Positions 10,789-19,533 of a DNA stretch of 64,000 nucleotides are shown in pieces; the first letter of the stretch is position 1; every line of letters begins with the position of its first letter. A model generated the notes under the pieces. It worked only from the letters and a program-made list of their open reading frames with translations. It did not search any database and was not told the origin of the DNA. Made by a program: the position numbers and the translations under genes. The DNA lies in NCBI GenBank assembly GCA_030066075.1, contig JASJCH010000021.1, positions 1,710 to 65,709 of the forward strand, given 5' to 3'. The stretch is from Woeseiaceae bacterium. Lineage in GTDB: Bacteria > Pseudomonadota > Gammaproteobacteria > Steroidobacterales > Woeseiaceae.

Positions 10789-12854
10789 GGCGTGTAGCGA
10801 ATCTCGGCGAACAGTTCGCGCCCGCGCCCCGGGAAGTAGCGGTAATTGCCAAACGCGTAGTCGGCCCGGTCGGCGATGTCGCGGTCCGTGACATTGTTGA
10901 GCCGCAGGATTACGTCGATGTTCTGACCCAACGCGACGCCAGCGCGCAGGTTGGCGATCGTGTGACCTGGATAGTCGAAGTTATTTTCGGCGTCCAGGTA
11001 GTACTTGCCGATAGACGCCAGCTGCAGCGCCGTATCGATGCGCGGCGTCGGCTCGAAGCGCAGCTCGAGACTGCCCAGCCAGCGCGGCGCGGTATCGACG
11101 TCGCGGCCCGCAACGAAGGTCTCCCCACGCGACGCGACGACGTCGAAGTCGTAGGTGTGCCTGGCGTAGGTCGCGTCGAGCGCCAGCGACCAGCGTTCGG
11201 CAAACGGCCAGTCGATTGCAATCTCGACGCCAAGGTGCTCGCTCTTCGCGCCGGTCACGTTGAAGCCGTCCGCGTCGCGATACACGCTGTCCCGCTTCTT
11301 CATGGCGAACAGGGCGATGTCCAGCGATAGCTCACTGGTAATCCTGCGCACGCCGACTTCGAATGCGTCGATGCGCTCGGAATCCAGATCCGCCACTTCC
11401 TGCCCGCTCTGCAGGCGGTAGAGCTCGGTGGCCTGCGGTGCCCGGAAACCGCGTGCCAAGCTGCCGTAGCCGCTGAGTGCGTCGCTGAAGCGGTAGTTCA
11501 GCGTGGCTTTCGGCGCGAGGTTCGTGAAGCTGTCGCTGCGATCGGCCGGGCGGGAATACAGGCAGCCGCCGAAACCGCATTCCGTGCCATCGTCGCGAGT
11601 GTTGCCGTCGAGCATCCGGTTCTTGTAGTCGTAGGTGATGTAGTCGAGTCGCAGTCCGGCGGCGAGCGTCAAACGCTCGTTGACCGTCCAGTCGGTCTGC
11701 ACGTAAGCCGCGGCGTTGCCCGACGTTACGTCGTAGTCGTAGTGCTTGCCCTCGGGGCGCGTCTCGACCAGGAACGGTGAGCCGACCGTGGGACCGTCCT
11801 GGGTCTGCTTCAGAAAAATATCGGCCCACTCGACGTCGACGCCGAACACCGTCCGGTGCTTGTCACCGTCGAACGCCAACGTCGCCAACGCGCCCGCGCT
11901 CACATGCCCGTTTTCCTCGAGCGGCTGTCCCGGCAGGAAGTGCTGCAGGAACTCCATGTCGGAATGTCGCAGGAACGGGCGCACGTCTATGTCGAAGCGA
12001 TCAGTCGCCGTGTTCCAGATGCCGTAAAGGCGCTGCGCCGACGCCTTGCGAAATGCTTCGGGGTTCGGGTTGCTGCGGTTGACGTCAGGATCCTTGTAAG
12101 CGTCTTCGCCGAGGATGAAGCCCGCGGTTTCCTGGTCGAGATCGGTTGCCGTGAAGCCCAGCACGAAGTCGCCGTCGCCGGCATCGAAGCGCAGCTTGGA
12201 ATGCAGTTTCGCCTGCTGGTAGCCGGCGTCGTCGCGAAAGCCGCCGTCGTCGGCGTAGACCAGCGACGCGAGCCAGGGCGACCCGGTGTCGAACGGCGCC
12301 TGTACATTGATGCGGTAAAAGTCGTTGGCACCGACCTCGAGCGAGGCGCTTGGCGCCCGGTCCGGTCCGGGCATCGGCATCAGTACGTTCGTGATGCCGT
12401 GTAAGGCGTTCGAGCCGTACAGGGCATTGCCCGGTCCGCGAATGACTTCGATCGACTGCGCCTGCTCGGTATTGGCTTCGAGCAGCCCGTTGACGTTACA
12501 AAAGCCGGCGGGCCGAACCGGGATACCGTCCTCGAGGAACAGGAAAGCGCCACAGGATCCGGCACCGGTCAGCACCGGCGAGCGAATAGCGGTCAGGTGT
12601 TCCTGCCCGCTGCCGCGACTGAGCCAGACACCGGACACGCGCGACAACAGTTCGTGCATGTGGTGGTGCCGGACCTCGTTCAGCGTCTCGGCATCAAGGC
12701 GATCGATATTGCCCGGGTGCCACAAGCGCGGTTGCTCGCGCCGCTGGCTGGTCACGACGAGCTCTTCGATAAGCTCCGCCGGCACGGCCACGGCAGGCGC
12801 CAACAGGCAGGCCGTCACCGCCGCGGCGGCGGCATTTTTCAATGTCAGCGTCAT
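10785..12854 (-). CDS. TonB-dependent outer-membrane receptor
   Basis: Signal peptide, TonB-box-like ELVVTSQRRE, plug motifs (IEVIRGPGNALYGSNALHGITNV), long barrel, C-terminal ...RELFAEIRYTP. Confidence 0.9.
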   Translation of the reverse strand: MTLTLKNAAAAAVTACLLAPAVAVPAELIEELVVTSQRREQPRLWHPGNIDRLDAETLNEVRHHHMHELLSRVSGVWLSRGSGQEHLTAIRSPVLTGAGSCGAFLFLEDGIPVRPAGFCNVNGLLEANTEQAQSIEVIRGPGNALYGSNALHGITNVLMPMPGPDRAPSASLEVGANDFYRINVQAPFDTGSPWLASLVYADDGGFRDDAGYQQAKLHSKLRFDAGDGDFVLGFTATDLDQETAGFILGEDAYKDPDVNRSNPNPEAFRKASAQRLYGIWNTATDRFDIDVRPFLRHSDMEFLQHFLPGQPLEENGHVSAGALATLAFDGDKHRTVFGVDVEWADIFLKQTQDGPTVGSPFLVETRPEGKHYDYDVTSGNAAAYVQTDWTVNERLTLAAGLRLDYITYDYKNRMLDGNTRDDGTECGFGGCLYSRPADRSDSFTNLAPKATLNYRFSDALSGYGSLARGFRAPQATELYRLQSGQEVADLDSERIDAFEVGVRRITSELSLDIALFAMKKRDSVYRDADGFNVTGAKSEHLGVEIAIDWPFAERWSLALDATYARHTYDFDVVASRGETFVAGRDVDTAPRWLGSLELRFEPTPRIDTALQLASIGKYYLDAENNFDYPGHTIANLRAGVALGQNIDVILRLNNVTDRDIADRADYAFGNYRYFPGRGRELFAEIRYTP

Positions 12855-12912
12855 GCTTTCCCCTACGAGCGGGCCATTATAATCGGCGGACCATTACCCG
12901 TCCCGGACTTTA

Positions 12913-15129
12913 GTGATGAAACCAGGAAATCTGTTCAGCGGCGCCTGCCGCGCCATCGTCCTGGCCTGCGTGCTCGCCACGGTGACAGCGCATGCCGAGC
13001 GACCGAAGATCGGTCTCGTGCTTGGCGGTGGTGGTGCGCGCGGCGCCGCGCACATCGGCGTGCTCAAGGAACTGGAGCGGCAGCGCGTGCCGATCGATGC
13101 CATAGCCGGCACCAGCATGGGTGCCATCGTGGGCGGCCTGTACGCATCCGGCATGACCCCGGAGGAACTCGAGGAACTGGTCACGACGCTCGACTGGGCG
13201 GCGTCGATGAGCGACACACCGTCGCGCGATCACCTGAGTTTTCGCCGCAAGCAGGACGACGAGCTCTACCCGATCACGGCAGAACTTGGCGTCAGCCGCG
13301 ACGGGCTCGCGCTGCCGCTGGGCGCTGTAAAGGGACAACGGCTTGACCTGCTGCTCCGTGAACTGACTATCGACGTCGCGCACATCGACGACTTCGACGA
13401 CCTGCCAATTCCGTTTCGGGCCGTTGCGACAAATATCGAGACCGGCAACGCGCACGTCATGGGCGAGGGCGACCTGGCGCAGGCAATCCGCGCCAGCATG
13501 TCGGTGCCCGCGATCTTCGCACCCGCCGAGATCGACGGTCACCTGTTCGTCGACGGCGGCATCGCCTCCAACCTGCCGATCGAAGTGATGCAGGCCATGG
13601 ACGTCGACATCATCATCGCCGTCGATGTCGAGTTTCCGCTTTACACGGCCGAGGAACTCGTTTCCGCGGTGGCTATCACTGAGCAGGTGGTCACGATCCT
13701 GATGCGGCGCGAAACGCTCAGGCAGATCGAGCGGCTCGGCGACGACGACATCCTGATTCGGCCGGCGCTCGGTACGTTCGACTCGGGTGCTTTCGAAAGA
13801 ACACCGGAGACCATTGAACCGGGCGTGCAGGCCGCGCTCGACGTCGCCGACCGGCTTGCCGGGGTTGCGCTCGACGAGGCGGAGTTCGCACGACATCTTG
13901 CTGCGCGGGATGTCCCGCCGCCTATCGACACCCGGCTGGCATTCGTACGCGTGGTGGATGATGGGCCGATTTCGGGGCGCATGCTCGAATCGCACCTCGA
14001 TGTCACGGTGGGCGACCGCGTGGACACCGCGCAGCTGTCGGCCGCGGCCCAGGACCTCTATGGCCTCAACCTGCATGAACAGGTCAGCTATCGCCTTGTC
14101 GAGGAGGACGGCAGCACCGGTGTCATCTTCGATGCGCAGAGCAAGAGCTACGGGCCCAACATCCTGAAGTTCGCGGTCTCGCTCGAAAACGACTTCGAGG
14201 GGTCGACATCGTTCAATATCGGTACGCGCTGGCGCCGGATCGGCATCAATTCCCGGGGGGCGGAGTGGCAGACCGACCTGCAGCTCGGTACGGACCCGCG
14301 CCTCGTATCCGAGTTCTACCAGCCGTTCCGTGCGGGCTCGGCCCCGTTCGTCGCGCCGCGCATCGACCTCGGCCAGCGCAACCTGAATGCTTTCATTGGC
14401 GAAGATGCGGTTGCGCGTTACCGCATCTCGGAGTCAGAAGCCGGCCTCGATCTCGGCGCCGAGGTCGGTTCCATCGGCGAGTTCCGACTGGGGGCGTATC
14501 GCGGCTTCGGCAAGGCGCGCGTCAAGGTCGGCGACCCCGCTCTGCCCAATGTCGAATTCGACACGGGCGGCGTGCTGGCGCGACTGCGCTTCGATACCCG
14601 GGACGATGCCCGGTTCCCGCGCAGCGGCATTCTCGCCGACGTGCGCTGGAACGCGTCGTTACCGGACCTCGGCGCCGATGAGCGTTACGACACGGTCGAG
14701 ACCGCAATCGAGGGCACCTGGAGCCGCGGCAAGAACAGCCTGCAGCTCGGCGCACTGTTCGCGACCACGCTGGATTCGCAGGATGCGATCCAGGACCTGT
14801 TCACGCTCGGCGGTTTCCTGCGGCTGTCGGGGCTCGAGCGCGGCGAGATCAGCGGGCCACACGCGGCGCTGGCCCGGCTCGTCTACTACCGGCGGGTCAG
14901 CGAATCGACAGGCGGCATTTTCGACGTCCCGATTTACCTGGGTGCGTCGCTCGAAACCGGCAATACCTGGAGCGATCGGGGGGACATCAGTTTCGACTCG
15001 GCGCTGGTCAACGGCGGCCTGTTCGCAGGCTTCGATACGCCCATCGGCCCGGTCTACCTGGGCGCGGGTATTGCCGAGGGCGGTCGCAGCAACTACTACC
15101 TGTTCTTCGGTACGCCGCGGGGTCGCTAG
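12913..15129 (+). CDS. Patatin-like phospholipase fused to a POTRA/Omp85-type beta-barrel (PlpD-like, type Vd autotransporter architecture)
   Basis: Signal peptide; oxyanion GGGGARG; lipase GTSMG; catalytic-Asp motif FVDGGIASNLP; C-terminal barrel ending ...SNYYLFFGTPRGR. The start is GTG 12913 or ATG 12916. Confidence 0.85.
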   Translation: MMKPGNLFSGACRAIVLACVLATVTAHAERPKIGLVLGGGGARGAAHIGVLKELERQRVPIDAIAGTSMGAIVGGLYASGMTPEELEELVTTLDWAASMSDTPSRDHLSFRRKQDDELYPITAELGVSRDGLALPLGAVKGQRLDLLLRELTIDVAHIDDFDDLPIPFRAVATNIETGNAHVMGEGDLAQAIRASMSVPAIFAPAEIDGHLFVDGGIASNLPIEVMQAMDVDIIIAVDVEFPLYTAEELVSAVAITEQVVTILMRRETLRQIERLGDDDILIRPALGTFDSGAFERTPETIEPGVQAALDVADRLAGVALDEAEFARHLAARDVPPPIDTRLAFVRVVDDGPISGRMLESHLDVTVGDRVDTAQLSAAAQDLYGLNLHEQVSYRLVEEDGSTGVIFDAQSKSYGPNILKFAVSLENDFEGSTSFNIGTRWRRIGINSRGAEWQTDLQLGTDPRLVSEFYQPFRAGSAPFVAPRIDLGQRNLNAFIGEDAVARYRISESEAGLDLGAEVGSIGEFRLGAYRGFGKARVKVGDPALPNVEFDTGGVLARLRFDTRDDARFPRSGILADVRWNASLPDLGADERYDTVETAIEGTWSRGKNSLQLGALFATTLDSQDAIQDLFTLGGFLRLSGLERGEISGPHAALARLVYYRRVSESTGGIFDVPIYLGASLETGNTWSDRGDISFDSALVNGGLFAGFDTPIGPVYLGAGIAEGGRSNYYLFFGTPRGR

Positions 15130-15131
15130 GT

Positions 15132-15380
15132 TCAGCGGACGATTTTCTCGAGCACCTGGGTCGGCGTATCGGTCTTGCGATAGTAGCCGTGGCGTATCGC
15201 CATCCGCTCGAAGGCGGCGTCGCGCTCGGCCTCAGTCGGATACCAGTGCAGCTTTTCCCAGTCGTCGCCCAGGACCTTGCGGAGCGTGTCGCCCGGGGGC
15301 AGGGTCACGCGAATGCCCCAGTTGCGTTCCGCCCCGGCCTTGCTCGGATCTACCAGGTTATGTTGGTGGCAATAGTCCAT
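15132..15380 (-). CDS. Small hypothetical protein (~82 aa)
   Basis: Only the C-terminal part of ORF 15132..15593 has coding-like composition (MDYCHQHNLVDPSKAGAERNWGIRVTLPPGD...WYPTEAERDAAFERMAIRHGYYRK). No family recognised, no clear SD, start uncertain. Confidence 0.45.
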   Translation of the reverse strand: MDYCHQHNLVDPSKAGAERNWGIRVTLPPGDTLRKVLGDDWEKLHWYPTEAERDAAFERMAIRHGYYRKTDTPTQVLEKIVR

Positions 15381-15510
15381 GGCGCGCGAGTATACCGGAA
15401 CGGCGGCGGAGTGCTCCACGTTTGCCGCTGCTGCCCGCGGCACGCGCGTTTTCCGCCAAACAGGTCCTTTTTGAGCGACCCGGATTCCGTCATTGTGGGA
15501 GAATATGACG

Positions 15511-18500
15511 ATGGCTGGTAATTCGGACGAACGATCGCCCGGCGGAGAGCGCGCCGGGCTCGATGCGACAGGCGAGTTCTTCAGTGTAGGCACGCCGTTG
15601 CACGCCGTGCGCGCCGGTTACATCCGCCGCGGCGCCGACGATGTCCTGTACGAGACCGTCGTGTCCGGCCGCTACGCGCACGTGATCGCACCCGATCGCA
15701 GCGGCAAGTCCAGCCTGGTCGCGGCGATCGCGGCGCGCCTCGAAAATAACGGCTTCAAGGTCGCCATCCTCGACCTCGAGCAAATCGGCGTGCGCGATGC
15801 CGGCAGTGATGCCGGGCGCTGGTACTACAGTGTCGCCTACCGCTTGCTGCGGCAGCTGCGCATCCGCGTCGACCTGCAGAGCTGGTGGCAGGACAAGTCG
15901 ATCCTGAGCAACCGGCAGCGGCTCGTGGAGTTCTACTCGGAAGTGCTGCTGCGCAACGTGCACGAACGCATCGTCGTCTTTGTCGACGAGATCCAGTGCA
16001 CCGAAGACCTGCCCTTTGCCGACCAGCTGCTCGCGAGCATTCGCGCGGCTCATAACGCCCGCGCCACCGACCCGGAGTTCTCGCGCCTGACCTTCGTGCT
16101 GCTCGGCGAGTGCGACCCGCTCAACCTCATCGACGAACCCGAGCTCTCGCCGTTCAATATCACCCAGGCCGTCGCACTTCCCGATTTCACTCGACCGGAC
16201 CTCGATTTGTTCGCGACCGAGCTGAACCTGCCGCCGGAGAAAGCGGCGGCCGCGCTCGATCGTGTGTACTTCTGGACGGCCGGGCAGCCGTACCTGTCGC
16301 AGAAACTGGCGCGTGCGATCGCGCGTGACGTGATGGACGGCGACGTCGTCGAGGACGTCGACCGCCTGGCCATGCGGCAGCTCGCGGGTCGGTCGGCGCT
16401 ACACAACGAACCGCAGCTGAGTCACATCCACCGCCAGGTCCTGAACGACAGGCGCCGCTGTGAACCGCTGCTGAACCTCTACGGCCGAATACGCAAGGGC
16501 CTGGAGGTGCCTGCGGATCTGGGTTCGCCGCTGCATCGGCGGCTGATCGCAATCGGCCTGATCGTCATCGACGAGGAGGGTAATCTCGCGGTACGCAACC
16601 GCGTTTATGCCGCAGTGTTCACGGCGCGCTGGGCCAACGAGAACCTGCCGACCCACTGGCGAACACCGGCGATTGCCGCGGCGATCATACTCGCGATCGT
16701 TGCGCTGCCGTTCTGGTACACGCAGCTCTTGCCGCGCTCCTACGTCGACTTGCTGACTTCCGACACGGTCGAACTGCAGGTGGCCGCCGATGCCTATGCC
16801 AACCTGCGGTCGTTCCCGGGTCACGCCGAAACCGCCGACAGCCTGTTCAGGTCGTTCCTGCAGAATCGCGCCCTGCTGGCAGCGACGGGGGGCGAGATCG
16901 ACGCCATTGCCGAGTTGTCCGGGTCCCTGCCCGACGCGGGTCGGCTCCCCGAGGAACTCCGCGCAGGCTTCTGGGACAAGCAGGCCCGCGACGCCCGGCG
17001 CGAGGAGCGTCGCGATGATGCACTGCTGGCCTCGATCCAGTCGCTCGTGCTGTCGACGCCGCAGCGTCGCAGCCAGGCGGCGATGTTCGTCGCGGATGAC
17101 TACCCGTTGCTGCGCGCCAGCCTGCCGGGTCACTCCGGCGGCAGTCTCGTTTTCGACCCCGAGAACCTGTTGCTCACGGCCGTCGATGCCGCGCAGGTTT
17201 CGCAGTGGTCCCTCGATGCGAACGGCGTGCAAAGCCGCGACAGCTGGCCAATTACGGCGCTGGAGGTCACGCCACTCGTGCGTCGCGTGATCGTCGATCG
17301 CGAGGGCGCCGTGGCCCGTGTCGGCTTAACAATCAACCTCAGCCATGCGCGGGCTTCCGACCTGCGCATCAAGGTCATCGCGCCGTCGGGACGCGCGATC
17401 GAAATCGATCCGGGCATCGATCGGGCATCGGTTAACGAGGACATTCGCATCCCGGCCGCGCAGCTCCGGGACCTCATCGGCGAGCCGCTGCCGGGAACCT
17501 GGAGCCTCAGCGTCCGTGACGAGGAGCTGGGCGTCGCCGGCCGGCTGGTCGGCTGGAACCTGAACCTGAATTCGCAGGGCCTCGTCGAGGATTTCCAGAG
17601 AGGATTGAACATCGCGGACCCGGTCGAGCGGGAGACCGACAATCTCTGGGTGAGCGAGGATGGCCGCCACGCCGTGGCGCGCGCCATGCAGAGCGACAGC
17701 GCGCGCGTTTGGGACCTGGCGTTCGCGACGCCGGTGCGAGCCGTAGCGGTCAATGAACTCGAGCAGGTGATCGGGCTGAGCGCGGGCGCAAAGTACCTGG
17801 TAACGGCCACCCAGGACTTCGTGCACCTTTGGGATACCGCGACCGGTCGGCGCAGCTCCATGCTGCCGATTGGAGCCGCCAGCGCGTCCGCCGTGCTGAC
17901 CGACGACCGGGCGCATCTTTTCGTCCAGCGGCGCACGGACGCCGACACCACGTTCGAACTATGGTCTCTGGACGTCGGCGACGTCGTCGCCCGCCTCGAA
18001 GTGGCCGGCACGCCCGCGCTCGTGTCGCTGGACGCCAGTGGCCAGCGGGTCGCGATTGCCGACTACGATCGTGCGGTTCGCGTGTGGGATCTGCGAACCG
18101 GCGAGCTCATCGTGCAGATCGACCTCGAGGCGCAGCCCAGTGCGCTCAGCCTGGCCTATGGCGGCGAGGTGCTCGGCGCCGTGTTCGGCACGGCGGGCGT
18201 GTCGATGTGGCGCATCGACGCACCGACGCGGCCACTGCTGGAGGAATTCGCCGAGGGCAGTTGGCAGCTACAGTTTTCATCGTCCGGGGCCCGGGCGCTG
18301 GTGGGCCGCGCCGAGCGTGGCTTCCAGGTGTACGACACGGCCCAGGGGCGCTTGCTGGGACCGCCGCTCGGGGCCAGTGCGCCGGGCGATGTCGCGGGTC
18401 TGATCGGCTTCAGCGCCGACGAACAGCTGGTGGTCACCGGGAGCTCGGAATCCGGTGTCCGATTCTGGCAGGTGCCGAACCTCGACGAGTCGGCAGAGAG

Positions 18501-19533
18501 CGATTTTGCGCGTTCAATCTGGATGCCTTCGGGAGATTCGGTCGCCGTGGCCACGCCCGATGCGTCGCGCATCATTATTGGCGACCAGAACGGCAACGTG
18601 CATGTCATTCCGGCCGATGCGGGCCGCGACGGTCTGCTGCAGCGCGCGCAGGAACTCAGTTTCTTCGGCCACAGCGCCGAGGTGCGGCACGTCGCAGTCA
18701 GCGCCGACGGCCAGCTCGCAGCCAGCGCGGCTGACGACAACACGTTGCGCATCTGGAGTGTCGAAGACGGGCTGCCGAGGCCATTCATCGCCGAGATCGA
18801 CGGCGTCGGGGTCGAGCGGCTGGCCTTCGAGCCCAATGGTCAGCGGCTCGGCATTCTTACGCCGGGCAGCGTACGTATCCTCGCTACCGACACTGGTGAA
18901 CAGCTGGCCAGGTTCGACCTCGGAGAGCCGCATGGCTCCATCAGCTTTGCGGACAACGGGCGCGTCTATATCGGCAGCGACTCGGGCGCGCTGCGTGCCG
19001 TCGGCGTCGATGCGACAGGAACCTGGACCATGCAGACCCTGTGGCAGAGCGACACCGGCATTCGCTGGCTGGAGGCGGCGCCGCGATCGCGTTATCTCGT
19101 TCTTGTTGACCAGGCCAATGTCGCGCAGCAATTCGATCTCGAAGAGGCGCGCATCGGGGATGCGGCGCTGACTTTGCCTGGCGACGTCGACGAAGTCGCT
19201 TTCACGCCGGGCGGACTGCGCGTGTTGTTCCGCACCCCCAACTGGGTCCATCGAGCGAGTTCGTCAGGCACCGGGCTGGTCTGGCTCGATGCCATCCTCG
19301 TACCGAAAGCGCTCGCCAGTGCGCGCATGGTATTCGGCGACCCGCGTGTCGATCAGAGTGCTGCGCTCGGCAATCATTTTTACCTGCCGGTCGCGGCAGA
19401 CGGTTACCCGCGGCTGGCCGAACTCAACTTCTCGGCAGCCCACGCTCACGGGCTATTCGGCAACAAGGAGCAGTTGCTCGAAGAATGGCAGCGCCGGTTA
19501 GCGATCGTCCCCGCGCAAGGTCCGGACGAGTAG
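15511..19533 (+). CDS. Large single-pass membrane protein: N-terminal P-loop ATPase (AAA-like/STAND-like), one TM helix, then a proprotein-convertase-type P-domain and WD40-like repeats
   Basis: Walker A APDRSGKSS (~15688-15714). Walker B IVVFVDEIQ (~15969-15995). WTAGQPYLSQ helical/winged-helix segment. Hydrophobic helix AIAAAIILAIVALPFWY (~16660-16715). P-domain-like LTINLSHARASDLRIKVIAPSGR...PLPGTWSLSVRDEE..GRLVGWNLNL (~17280-17575). Repeats with VRVWDL, VRFWQV, LRIWSV, HLWD (~17600-19250). GGGAGA lies 8 nt before the ATG at 15511; the ORF track starts at TTG 15493. Confidence 0.8.
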   Translation: MAGNSDERSPGGERAGLDATGEFFSVGTPLHAVRAGYIRRGADDVLYETVVSGRYAHVIAPDRSGKSSLVAAIAARLENNGFKVAILDLEQIGVRDAGSDAGRWYYSVAYRLLRQLRIRVDLQSWWQDKSILSNRQRLVEFYSEVLLRNVHERIVVFVDEIQCTEDLPFADQLLASIRAAHNARATDPEFSRLTFVLLGECDPLNLIDEPELSPFNITQAVALPDFTRPDLDLFATELNLPPEKAAAALDRVYFWTAGQPYLSQKLARAIARDVMDGDVVEDVDRLAMRQLAGRSALHNEPQLSHIHRQVLNDRRRCEPLLNLYGRIRKGLEVPADLGSPLHRRLIAIGLIVIDEEGNLAVRNRVYAAVFTARWANENLPTHWRTPAIAAAIILAIVALPFWYTQLLPRSYVDLLTSDTVELQVAADAYANLRSFPGHAETADSLFRSFLQNRALLAATGGEIDAIAELSGSLPDAGRLPEELRAGFWDKQARDARREERRDDALLASIQSLVLSTPQRRSQAAMFVADDYPLLRASLPGHSGGSLVFDPENLLLTAVDAAQVSQWSLDANGVQSRDSWPITALEVTPLVRRVIVDREGAVARVGLTINLSHARASDLRIKVIAPSGRAIEIDPGIDRASVNEDIRIPAAQLRDLIGEPLPGTWSLSVRDEELGVAGRLVGWNLNLNSQGLVEDFQRGLNIADPVERETDNLWVSEDGRHAVARAMQSDSARVWDLAFATPVRAVAVNELEQVIGLSAGAKYLVTATQDFVHLWDTATGRRSSMLPIGAASASAVLTDDRAHLFVQRRTDADTTFELWSLDVGDVVARLEVAGTPALVSLDASGQRVAIADYDRAVRVWDLRTGELIVQIDLEAQPSALSLAYGGEVLGAVFGTAGVSMWRIDAPTRPLLEEFAEGSWQLQFSSSGARALVGRAERGFQVYDTAQGRLLGPPLGASAPGDVAGLIGFSADEQLVVTGSSESGVRFWQVPNLDESAESDFARSIWMPSGDSVAVATPDASRIIIGDQNGNVHVIPADAGRDGLLQRAQELSFFGHSAEVRHVAVSADGQLAASAADDNTLRIWSVEDGLPRPFIAEIDGVGVERLAFEPNGQRLGILTPGSVRILATDTGEQLARFDLGEPHGSISFADNGRVYIGSDSGALRAVGVDATGTWTMQTLWQSDTGIRWLEAAPRSRYLVLVDQANVAQQFDLEEARIGDAALTLPGDVDEVAFTPGGLRVLFRTPNWVHRASSSGTGLVWLDAILVPKALASARMVFGDPRVDQSAALGNHFYLPVAADGYPRLAELNFSAAHAHGLFGNKEQLLEEWQRRLAIVPAQGPDE

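Noticed and set aside
12855-12912. Possible Fur box or iron-regulatory site between the divergent receptor and plpD-like genes (GGCCATTATAATCGGCGGACCATTAC)
   Set aside because: Only a weak resemblance to the GATAATGATAATCATTATC consensus. The CCATTA direct repeat is too short to call.
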